A DNA stretch of 64,000 nucleotides from NCBI GenBank assembly GCA_965235115.1, contig OZ249447.1:9610001-9674000 (forward strand), given 5' to 3'. Positions 39,134 through 50,356 of the stretch are shown here, in pieces. How positions within the stretch are numbered: position 1 is the stretch's first letter; each line of letters opens with the position of its first letter. The notes beneath the pieces were generated by a model. The model did not search any database. It was given only the letters and a program-made list of their open reading frames with translations, and was not told the origin of the DNA. This DNA is from Laetmonice hystrix (taxonomy: Eukaryota). The translations under genes were made by a program, and so were the position numbers.

Positions 39134-40754
39134 AGTTTATCGGTTAGACCAAGATGACGGCTGTCAGACTTTAATGAAAGCGATGATGAATCAGTTCTGA
39201 CCTGTGTTGGTGACCGCTGTGGGCCAAGGCCGTCGAGATATTGCTTAGACGCCTTCCATTTACCAGCCACACATAGAGAGGTCGACGAAGGAGCTGTTTG
39301 ATAACGGGCTACACCCCACGGAGGAGATGGTCGTGTTGAAGTCTTCCCATCAGACCAACCACTGAGACTCGTCCATTGATTTCTTGTTATCCCCAGTCCC
39401 GACCACAGAATAATATAAACATGTGATCGGTGTTGGTATACGGTGGATGAGTAAGGTAGACTAAACGACTGCATGGACAGAAATCGACACTCAAGGCACG
39501 ATGAATATCGCGCCCACTAAGTCGCCGACTAAGCCGCCGTCCAGGATCAAATGTGTGACAGAGCCGTCCAACGAGCCCAGCTGTTGGCAGCTGAATATAA
39601 AAACCATGTAGACTGAAAGCGATCATGATATCTGACATAAGCTCTCAATCGATTAGCCAGCAGTTGACGTCGGTGGGGCCTGTGTCCGGGGGGAGCTGTC
39701 GAATCGAATGTGAGACATACATATTTACTTGGTACGACCACCACCAGATGCGCCGAGTGAAGGATGTGCCTGGCTTTTATTGGGAATCATTTTCAGTCAA
39801 ACGCCTACAGCTGCCCGCCCGGCTGGCGGATGGATGGGGAGGGTGAGGGGTAGAAATCCACGTTGGAGCACTACCAACCGGCTAACGTTCTCCAGGAATT
39901 CACCCGACCAATTCAGGGTGGAGATCACAACCTAATGCCAGCCGGCCCTGGAGACCAGAGGGTCCGTGAAAACACTCCTACCAACACCGGCTGGCCAGGC
40001 CATCGACTCGGCCGTCAATCTTAACCAAACATGTCACGGTGTTTTATATTCCCACTGACTTCAAGTTATTCTTGCTGGAGCTTAAACAAGATAAAACAGT
40101 GAAAGATATATACAGAAGTAGAAAAAGGGGCAGTACTCGTAACATTCTCAGGTATTTACCGATATAAGTTTGACGCTCCGGGCCAGCTAGATTTAGTGGG
40201 TGTGTTGAGATGGTTACATGCAGGTCAGATGTATATGCCCGGGGCAGTTGGTTAAAACAGGCCAGGTGTTCTCGGCCTACGTCTCCCGACCAGCAGGTGT
40301 CTATTATCGAATCGGTTGGGCTTCCATAACCTGTGGGCAGAAGGTGTCTATACAATATGTAAAGACTGGGGGCATCTGGACAATAGGTAAAGTCTTAGGG
40401 CATCTGTACAATATGTAAAGTCATGTGTTTTATTCTCAGCAGGTGTTTGCTTCTTCAGGAGGCGAATCAGTGAGATAATGCAAAATTGCTGATTTATTGT
40501 TAAAATGTGTGTATTATACATATGGACCTGTAACGAATCAATGGTAACGAGACCCACACTTTATCATTTACGTGTGAAAGCAAATACCAGGAGTCTGGAA
40601 ATCTACATTTATGGATATTCTCAACAGGGAAAGTAGAGATAGGAGCTTAAAAAAAGTAAGATTCCAACATAACACAGACCTACTAAAACGACACAAGAGA
40701 AAGGACAAAGGAATGCACTCCCCGACAAGCGTTCCAGATATTACTACATGGAGC

Positions 40755-41150
40755 TAATTCTCAATAGTAAGTCGGGCCAAATGAAGCTAATAGCTATGGG
40801 TGGAAGGCATGGCATACTACTCCTTCAAGGCAGACATTCGTTTTCAAATCTCGTGCTCGAGCCGCCGCTCTCAAACCCATGTCCAAATGTGGCTAATATG
40901 ACCTCCAATCACCCATGAATTACTTCTTTTTTTGTGGCAATCCATGATGCGATCGTCAACTGAAAGAGATGCACCGTTCTACACAGCCGGTGAACAGCAC
41001 TGGGGCTAAAGTGGTCGCTCCCAATTTAGCCCCTATTATCGCCCCGACGGACGGGGAAATGAAGGCACTGATGAATACGCCAAGCCAACCGTTTGCCGGA
41101 CCACGTGCAATGATTGAACGAGCAGTTCTCTGGATAACGTAAAGGATATT
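40755..41150 (+). mobile_element. RTE-type AP-endonuclease remnant
   Basis: LNSKSG....MGGRHG (~40760; cf. DLNAKVG..VMGKHG), PTDG (cf. SPDG), SSLDNV (cf. SSL.DVR). Confidence 0.35.
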
Positions 41151-41373
41151 GGGAAATATGTCAGAATGGAGACGTTTGTGGCGTTTTATTGGACGTCCCG
41201 TTAGAAAGGATGTTATCGGCGAGTATCTGGGCGTTCGGCTGAACACCGATCGCATCAGTGGTGGCGCCAAGGTCCTCACCAAGCCACATTACACCTCAAA
41301 CCCGTCCGCTCTCACACCAGCATCGCTTTGATGTCCTGACACATTGAATACCAGAGACGAGCCGGGCAAGCCT

Positions 41374-42045
41374 CAGTCAGTCAGACAGTCAGGTCGTCAT
41401 TCAGTTAGGTCGTCAGTGAGTCGGTCAGGTCGTCAGTCAGTCAGTTTGTCAGTCGGTCAGGTCGTCAGTCCGTAAGGTCGTCAATCAGTTAGGTCGTCAG
41501 TGAGTTCGTCGGTCGGTCAGTCAGTTAGGTTGTCAGTCAATCAATTTGTCAGTCAGTCAGGTCGTCAGGCAGTCAGGCAGTCAATCAGGTCGTCAGTCAG
41601 TCAATTTTCAGTCAGTCAGGTCGTCAGGCAGTCAGGCAGTCAATCAGGTCGTCAGTCAGTCAGGTCGTCAGGCAGTCAGGCAGTCAGTCAGGTCGTCAGT
41701 CAGTCAGTTTGTCAGTCGGTCAGGTCGTCAGTCAGTCAGTTTGTCAGTCAGTCAGGTCGTCAGGTCGTCAGTCAGTCAATCTGTCAGTCGGTCAGGTCGT
41801 CAGTCAGTCAGTTTGTCAGTCAGTCAGTTTGTCAGTCAGTCAGGTCGCCAGGCAGTCAGGCAGTCAGTTTATCAGTCAGTCAGTTTGTCAGTCGGTCAGG
41901 TCGTCAGTCAATCAGTTTGTCAGTCAGTCAGTTTGTCAGTCAGTCAGGTCGTCAGGCAGTCAGGCAGTCAGTCAGGTCGTCAGGCAGTCAGTCAGTCAGT
42001 CAGGCAGTCAGGCAGTCAGGCAGTCAGTCAGGCAGTCAGGCAGTC
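41374..42045. repeat. Compound tetranucleotide microsatellite built from cagt/cagg/tcgt/ttgt/caat/cggt
   Basis: 4-nt register maintained for ~670 bp; source of the S/Q/V/R-rich ORFs at 41500-42108. Confidence 0.97.
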
Positions 42046-42446
42046 TGCCAGCCCCAACACCCAGGTTGTGATTGGTCCGGGTCCGGGACGTACAGTATAG
42101 AACACTGAGAGAGTGGCGCTGTAATATAGACGTACCGTTAAACAATGGGAGTAGGCTCACTAATAACTCGCCCACCGCCATGAAAGGATGATGGATGTTA
42201 ATATTAATAATGATTGCGATAAGAGCTTTAAACTATGGTGGGCTCAATTTATGGAACCCAGGACCACAGTGACGGCGCAACCGCGCCTACATTAAAACAG
42301 ACCCGATACGGAAATGGCCGACATTTATCACAAAAACAAACGCTATTCGGGCGCACTATTGTTATCTTGAAAATTAAACCGAGCCGCCCTTGAAACAGTT
42401 GATTTTACAAATGGTTCTCTGAGATCAGTTTTTGTTTTCATTCCAG

Positions 42447-42474
42447 TGACTCATACATGGGAATCTGTAACATG
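42447..42474 (+). CDS. Candidate 28-nt microexon (DSYMGICNM or THTWESVT)
   Basis: Strong acceptor tttttgttttcattccag immediately upstream and donor ATG|GTGAGT immediately downstream; two of three frames open. Confidence 0.35.
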
Positions 42475-45129
42475 GTGAGTGCTTATCGTGGTCCACCAGA
42501 ACGGGGGGGGGGGGGCGTCACAGGTACACACGACGAAATTTCACTCGCTCCCTCTACCGGCAGGTTTTTGTGGCCCACTTAATGGCCCAGGCGAGCCCGT
42601 CTATATTAAAGGACATTAATCAGGACAAACGCGCGACTTGTAAGGATATTCCATTACTACGGCCGGCCGTTGTGGTTAGCGCCTGATTGTGTGCCCGTGG
42701 CCAGCCGTTTAGGCACTATGTTAGGGCGCTCAGGCAATGAATACGGATTCCACCAAAGAGACTCTGTCGGCAGGACAATAGTGCGATTGTTAGCCCAAAC
42801 TTCCTTCATTTGCATGTTTTTCTTATAATCCTTTAAGAGCAGTTTTATGTTTATGCATTAGCCTCCTTATTCATTTTTCTCTCTACTTTATTTAAAATGA
42901 AGATTCTATTAATTGCAGGTTATTAATTACATATTTTATGCCAAAGTAGATAGCGCTGTTTGGCTTGTATAAATTCGATATTGCATTGATACTAAACGGA
43001 TACACGATAATATGAAGAAAGGTGACTGACAAAAGGTTCACATTGCCTCTCAGATACCTCTCTTTACCTTAACCTATGGCGGACAGAGTTCCTGTAGCCA
43101 CGGTCAGGCCACTGGGATGGCTCACCTTCCGGCCGAGCCATGCGCTGACCGACCACATCAATTGTACACGCCTGGACAACGTCATCCGGAGTGGGCCGTG
43201 TGCAAAAGGTTCTCTCGGCGGGTAACTTGTCTCAATCCGTCATGGAGGCCCGTGTCTGGGTGGCCTTTATTTGGACCTGTCCTGACCCTGTACTACCTAC
43301 ACCTCTCTACGGCTAGCCATCTTCATTAAACTGCAAGGCTTGGCACCGTCTATGGCAAACCCCCACCTAACGGTCAATAACTGACCATACCGTGTGACCT
43401 TTGACGCCATTAACGATTGGGTCTCAATTTATCATTAATAGATCGTGTCCAGATAGGATATTCGTGGATAAGCCATAATAAGATATTGTGGACAAATACC
43501 TCACAAATATCATCTAAAATTATATCAAGGAAACTAAACTGATTTAATTAGTCAAACTTTATTGCACAGAACACTTTCAATTGTTTGTCGTCTTGGGGCT
43601 AACACACACTGTTTTCGGTTGGCAAGTAAAAACGCCATAAATAGCATGGCAAGGATTTTAGCAGCAAACCATGGCAACATAAATCGACATCAAAAATCAC
43701 AGACTGTCAGTTTAAGAGACGAGAGGATCTCGAAGATAAGGCATTTCATAAGCCTTCAATTTCCCGTTTTCACAGGATGGGGTATAAGAGTGGTTGGTTA
43801 TCACAAGCCTCGCGCCCTTGCTATGACGGCATGGAGTACGATCGATGTAACAGCTCGTCTGATGGCAACGACATTTACAAACCTGTGCGTGCTGCCAGTA
43901 AAAATCCATGTCATGAAACAGAATAATTCGCCTTAAAGAAACACTTTCCAGCTGAAAGGTCGGATGCGTCACGTCCCGCTACTTTGAATCCTTCTTACAA
44001 CAGACAACCACTTTTCGCCTGATATTGATGGGACGACTTCTAGAACCTACAAAAACATCTCGACGACACTTAAGTGTAACAGTCATAGAAGGTGTAGACA
44101 GCATTGTCAGAAATATCTGACTTTCGATTGACTAATTCTCGTCCGGGGTGGATCTCTGTAATCAAAGTCAACTCACTCGTGTAATCCTCCGTCAGTTTAA
44201 AGCCCCAATATACCCGACGGGTTCCTTGCAAGCGCTCCTGGCTGTCTTTAACCGTATAGATATATTATAGTATTCTTGCCTTGTGACGTCAGTCTCCAGT
44301 GTTTGTTGGCAGCTCCTTTCTGACGATGTTGTGTAGTTTATTCAACACATACGGTACGAAGGTCCTCGATTCCTCGTCTCTCCGATATAATGTTAAAGGT
44401 TGGCCTTGATGTTATCACGATGTGGCGCCTTCATGCCGGGATGGACAGCTGTTCTGTTTGACCTTTGAGTTCGACCCTTCATGTCTTTTATAAAGTCACC
44501 AGATATTCCTGGTGCCATCATAGGGGTGACGGACAAAAACTGTCGCTATATTTGTACGGTTGCCAAATAACAGTAACCACAAATAATACCCTGTTGGCCA
44601 CGGGATCTTTGTTCACTCTTTCAGGCCTCATGAACTTATGGATTCCCTTTAACAATGTTTTAAAGTGTCACTATATGGTTTGCATTAGCCCACGTTACAG
44701 GCAGATGACAAGTAGGCCTGAGAGAAACCGATGTTTGATTATGGTGGTCTGATTCGAACTCGCAGTGAGTAACGCGTGAATTGAATATGAAGATAATTAA
44801 TTCCAGCGTCGTTCTGTTTAAATTTCTACTGCGAAATCATTGTAATTGATCAAAATGTACCGCACATTGCCCTATATGATTGAGTTACAACGGGAACTGT
44901 TGTTTTGGAGACATGTCTCATGATTGAGTAAGTAATGTATAGCGAGTTCCACCATCTATTTTAACAGGCGTTATACACTATCTCCCCCCCCCCCAAAAAA
45001 AAGGGAGAAAAGTTCCTGAAGCTGCCTTAACGGAGATGGAACGGAATATACCGTGTTATTTTTAGATAAATAAATGTAAAACTTGTGCCTTAAAGTGCTG
45101 ACCATACCAGAGTCTGAATTAATTCGCGA

Positions 45130-45850
45130 GAAAGACACATGGGAGTATATTTTTAGTATAGAATTCAATGGGATTGAAGGAGACAAAGTACATGTATACG
45201 TACGTACGTCCTCGGTGATAGCCAAACATGGCACAGTTTGGTTTCCATCACAAGAAGTAAGCTGTTTGCTGATAGAAGAATGCACCAGGGGAGAATGTAC
45301 AGGTGGTCATAAAGAGGAGAGGAAGGTCGACGCCCTGTCGAGAGTATGCAAACCCCTGGACTCGCTCAGATAACAGCCATTTTATACAAGACTCTGTCAA
45401 GAGGACTCTTCTTCAGTGAGAGCTACGTTAACAAACGGCGGCTGTTGCCATGACCCTGCTCGATGGGCGGCCAAGCCATCGGAGTCATTCAGGTTATGCA
45501 TCACCAGTCGAACACTGTAATGGCGTCGATAGTTCTCCTGTTGGTGGGCAACGTTGTGATGTTTCTACCAAGTACTCGTTGGTTTCCGTGGTGATCGACA
45601 CATTAACATAGCGTCTACATTTCATTTGGGTTGGACACAGGAGGTGCTTAAGACTGGGCAGTTTTACAAATAACTCCACCGCCAAACAGTTGGAACAGAA
45701 CAAGACAGACCAGTTTTGTACGTTGCCATCTGCGCAATATTAGACATAGAACAGGCACTTTGCTTCCCCAAATATATCACTACTCTTGACAAGTACAATA
45801 TTGATCGACGAAATGGACCACTGAATTCAAGACTTTTAGGCAGATTTCGC
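45130..45850 (+). mobile_element. Ty3/Gypsy RNase H end and integrase N-terminus remnant
   Basis: EYIFSIEF..IEGDKVHV (~45143; cf. EYDFSIEHI.G..N.V), VDALSR, and DSSPVGG (~45528; cf. H.SP.GGH). Confidence 0.4.
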
Positions 45851-46705
45851 ATTAAATAGTAACAGTTATTCCTAGTAAATATGATGGATATTATGACCGA
45901 ACTAGTGGTGGTGCCATATATTATTAGACAGGTCGCCTATGATCTAAGGTTCCATACGGGAAATGCATTTCACTTTACGGGTAAGTAGGTTACCAGAAAA
46001 GAAGAAAAAGAACGAAAAGAGAAAGAAAGATTTGTGTGAGTGATTAGTTTTCGGAATTTGCAGCAGCAGCAGTCAGTTGCTTTGTGAAAAACCTTGTTTT
46101 GACTGCCCTTTGAAACGAGAGGCGGAATGGACGGCGTGTGGAGAAAGTGCGGACCCATTATAGGAACACGTCTTCGGGTAGTTGATCCCATGTCTGCTGG
46201 CTTGACGGCCTGGTGTACCATAATCCGTCCAGATTCCATAGACACCTACTGACACTGTATAAGACTACGTCCGGAGGCCCCCAGGATTGAGGGCAGCAGG
46301 GAACATCAAGGTCAGAAGGACAGCCCCCTTTGTCCCCTTACTGTCGCTTTGAACAGACCTTACACAATGCTTCACTGACATCTCGTCAACTCTCGTTGGG
46401 TTGGAGCATCCCTCAAAGCCTCAGCACCGTCGTGTACGGTCGATAATTTTTCAGGCGTGAGGTGTGTCGTATACCACGTAAACAGCGGGCTGGTAACAGG
46501 ATCTTAATCCCGATAGAGAAGATGGACTGCCCCAGCAGATCGCGTTGTCAGGTGCATCGGTAGAAAAGGTTTATCTGCGACTTCCACCTGCGGTCCTCGC
46601 CCTCGTGGGAACGGTTCAAAGAGCATTTAAAGGGTCAGGTGGATAGCCTTCTTAAGGCGTCAAGTCTGATATCACGTCGCCAATTGTACGACATGGTGGG
46701 CCAAA

Positions 46706-46785
46706 CCTCCACCCTCACCCCCACCCCCACCCCCTCCCTCATGTCAACCCCCACCCCCCACCCCCACCCCCCACCCCCCACCCCC
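46706..46785 (-). repeat. (CCCCCA)n tract, G-quadruplex-capable on the minus strand
   Basis: Repeated ccccca/cccccca units. Confidence 0.85.
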
Positions 46786-46789
46786 AAAC

Positions 46790-47066
46790 ACGTACACGTC
46801 TGACGGTCGTCATTCTAGGCCGGTGTTGCGTTCCGTCTCTCGGCAGAGTGTGTTCTCTGTTTCTCGATCTTCCTTCATTGAAAGCTTCACAACGGTCGAC
46901 GAACGCAGGTGATCGCCCCAAGACATGGCTTTGTTTTTGTTTGTGAGTGCGTGAAGTAGACGGAAGCCAGGTACCAGGCGCTGAAGGTCATTGGTATCGT
47001 ATAATTAAACCTACAGGCCACAGCAGGTTGTTAAATACGTCAAGAATAAACCTACAGATCGTTACA
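46790..47066 (+). mobile_element. Possible LTR 3' end downstream of the Gypsy remnant
   Basis: aataaa (47045) followed by ...gttaca (47066), as is typical of LTR R/U5 ends. No matching 5' TG end, PPT or partner LTR identified. Confidence 0.2.
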
Positions 47067-47719
47067 ATTTGTAGCCTAGGGTAATGTCATTTTTATTTCT
47101 AGATTTCCGGAGGAATTTGTGTAGTTATTTCCATGTTCGTGACGCTATCATGATTACAGAGTTTTTTGTGGTAACATCCGTGTCTCCTTAGTTTAGAAAC
47201 GTAAATATAAATGTCTTTTAATTAAATCATTAGAAAATGTTACAGCGACCGTTGCATTATTAACCATGAATCAGGTAGCGTATCACATTAGTGCACCAAC
47301 AATTGCATAGTGTCCACTTTTCATAATCATTAGTGACTTTTTCCACCAAAATAGATGGGTAAAACAGGATTATGTATTGCTGTGTCGTCGCTGTTAGACT
47401 CATTATTTTCATGTAAAAGTAAATTATTTTATGATCTTCGTGTGATACTGACAACTTTGCCCGATGTGTTAGTTTCTAAGTGAGTAATAGCCAGAGGTGG
47501 GCGATCAATCACAATTGTTTCTAGAGTATAAGAATCAGATATATGTCATTTGGTTAATGTCTTCGAGGCGGAAAGACAATAACAGATGTAGGCTGCCGAC
47601 AGCACAGTAAATAATCACTCCCTCTCTATACCATCGGATATACCACATCGACGATTGGAGGAGGAACTTTTTCAATTATCCTGGTGTCGTGGCAAGGTCC
47701 CTTATCGGATATATTAATA

Positions 47720-48150
47720 TACAGTCTGAGAGTACTCCCCAGTCGTTCCGTCATATGCCTAGATATCCTTTGATTGACCGTCTTATGAGAGGGTTTCATG
47801 GAAATTCTTTCCAATGGTAATAGACTCAGCGGAATTAACCGACCGAGATTTTTTTTACGTTTATTGTTCCCACCGGGTCCATCTAGATAAACGGCAACGT
47901 TGGGAGATTCTGCGAATTATAGAACAAACTTTGTTTCCGCTTCGACTGTGTACACAGATGACACACACGGTGCGCGTGCAGCGCAATGTTTGTCCATGAT
48001 ACGACAGCCCCCTTCAGAGGAATGCAGTGGGAGCACATACGTGTACATTGTCCCGCCGAATGACAGATACGTTCTCATATACCAACCAGAAGTGGGCGGA
48101 CGGGGAAAATATAAATATTTGGCACACGAGACTGCAATCGGGTCTTTATT
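47720..48150 (+). mobile_element. CR1/L2-type LINE reverse-transcriptase remnant
   Basis: VICLD, RGFHGNSFQW (47788; cf. GI.G..L.W), VPTGSI (47866; cf. VPQGSI), YTDDT (47951; cf. YADDT) and KYKYL (~48108), in correct order and roughly correct spacing. Confidence 0.65.
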
Positions 48151-48873
48151 GACCTATGCGGCCCGGTTCTTGCCGATAGTCCCAATTGCCTCGAGTGCTG
48201 CAGTATGTTTCCTGCGTGACCACAGAGCTGTCTACATTGACAGACTTTCAAGTAGGAAGGAATTCCTAATTGGGAGATACTAATGGTACGGACCCAGAAG
48301 TTGCCTAATTCGAGGCCTGAACATGCGAACAGAGCTGTGCCTCGGGTAGCAATGATCATAGCTACATGGTATTTACCTCCTTGTCTTCTGCCGGCAGACA
48401 TGTAGTTTGGCTCTGTGGTGACATTTATTGTTAATCACGCCTACGGCCATCGCTTCCGTCGTGTTACATTATCCTCGTCATATCCTGTCAGACTGACCTA
48501 CTTTTGATCTACTTTACCTCAGAACTTTGGTTTAGACACCTCATTCATAGCGCGATCATCACATAAAAAGTACGGCTGTAAAAGGCTCTAAGTTGTCTTG
48601 TTTAATGTTGCATAAATTAAGAGGGGAAAGAAGACTGTTTTGTGGTGGCCAGATATATGTCAAAACAGCTACACTGTATGATCATAATTGAGATAATGAT
48701 TGGTGTAGTCTATACCCGTGAGGTTTAAAAGTACCACCTGAAGAGGAAGCAGAAGGCTTGATCAACCGTTTACAGGTGTACGCGGGAGGTCTAGTCAGGT
48801 GATTAGTTTCAGATATCCTTGGGGAAATAGTTGCAGTCTTCCAGCAGGATTAGGCATGAAAGTGGATGTTACT

Positions 48874-49606
48874 TGAACCAGGGCCGGTAATTCTAGGCAA
48901 TAAACATCGGCCCCAGCAGATGGTACCAGAACCATGAACCAGGGCCGGTTGTTCTAGGCAATAAACATCGGCTCCAGCGGACGGTACCAGAACCATGAAC
49001 CAGGGCCGGTAATTCTAGGCAATAAACATCGGCTCCAGCAGACGGTACCAGAACCATGAACCAGGGCCGGTAATTCTAGGCAATAAACATCGGCTCCAGC
49101 AGACGGTACCAGAACCATGAACCAGGGCCGGTTGTTCTAGGCAATAAACATCGGCCTCCAGCAGACGGTACCAGAACCATGAACCAGGGCCGGTTGTTCT
49201 AGGCAATAAACATCGGCTCCAGCAGACAGTACCAGAACCTTGAACCAGGGCCGGTCGTTCTAGGCAGTAAACATCGGCTCCAGCGGACGGTACCAGAACC
49301 ATGAACCAGGGCCGGTAATTCTAGGCAATAAACATCGGCTCCAGCGGACGGTACCAGAACCATGAACCAGGCTGGTAATTCTAGGCAATAAACATCGGCT
49401 CCAGCGGACGGTACCAGAACCATAAACCAGGGCCGGTAATTCTAGGCAATAAACATCGGCTCCAGCAGATGGTACCAGAACCATGAACCAGGGCCGGTAA
49501 TTCTAGGCAATAAACATCGGCTCCAGCAGATGGTACCAGAATCATGAACCATGGCCGGCTGTTCTAGGCAATAAACATCGGCTCCGGCAGATGGTACCAG
49601 AACCAT
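48874..49606. repeat. 61-bp minisatellite, 12 copies, AATAAA in 11
   Basis: gaaccagggccggtaattctaggcaataaacatcggctccagcagacggtaccagaaccat repeats. Confidence 0.98.
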
Positions 49607-50267
49607 ACGGAACGCTAAAGGTGCGCGGGAGGACTGGTAACTATGATCAGACGCCATGTAGCAGGGGCGCACATGATTATTACCATGGTGCCTTACATTG
49701 CTTTGTATCCTGTTATAGATGAAATGTCAGTCTCAAACGACCTGGGTAGTAGGCACATCGATTATGCGGGACTTGTGTCAAGGAAGCACCTGAAACCGCA
49801 CGACAAAAAGAAACATTATGTTTCATAATAACAACGATGTCCACAAAAAGGCATGTCATGTGAATAGGTGGGTAAAATATGAAGGGGGGGGGGGTAAAGG
49901 ATCGAGTATTTCTTGGTAAGGTCGGTTGGCATGAGGCATCTTTTATACCACAAAATACGCCATTACAACCGTCAAGGTTTTGCGTTTCATTGATTGATTA
50001 TTGGGATTGGGCAGCTAGATATAAAGTGAGGCCACTAGTACACGTAGTAAAGATAGGACTGTGTAATCCTGATTAGAAGGGGCTGTTTTGGTAATAGAAG
50101 AAATAATGTAGGGGTCTGCCCCCCCTACTCGGTTTTCAACATGTTTATCGACATACATGTGACGAATCTTCCTGTGTTTCAAAGACAACCTTTTTAAAAC
50201 ACAGAAACGTACAAAACTATATGATGCCATTGTAATATAGAACGTGTGTTGCTAACTTCTCTTTAGT

Positions 50268-50356
50268 TATCTGTATGTAACAGTGTACATTATGGTATCT
50301 ACCAATGTGTTTATCTGTATGTAACAGTGCACATATGGTATCTACCAATGTGTTTT
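50268..50356. repeat. ~43-bp tandem duplication
   Basis: ttatctgtatgtaacagtg(t/c)acat(t)atggtatctaccaatgtgt x2. Confidence 0.9.

Noticed and set aside
41500-42108. S/Q/V/R-rich ORFs of 120-202 aa
   Set aside because: Translations of the tetranucleotide microsatellite.
44130-44400. Minus-strand GTRRVYWGFKL stretch resembling a viral D5 helicase C-terminus
   Set aside because: Interrupted by stops and equally compatible with a Gypsy RNase H remnant; no other viral or Polinton genes are present.
44740-44775. Minus-strand GTTCGAATC B-box (tRNA or SINE)
   Set aside because: No A box, cloverleaf stems or tail could be identified.
48439-48450. gcctacggccat matching the start of 5S rRNA
   Set aside because: The match stops after 12 nt; no internal A/C box or 5S body follows.
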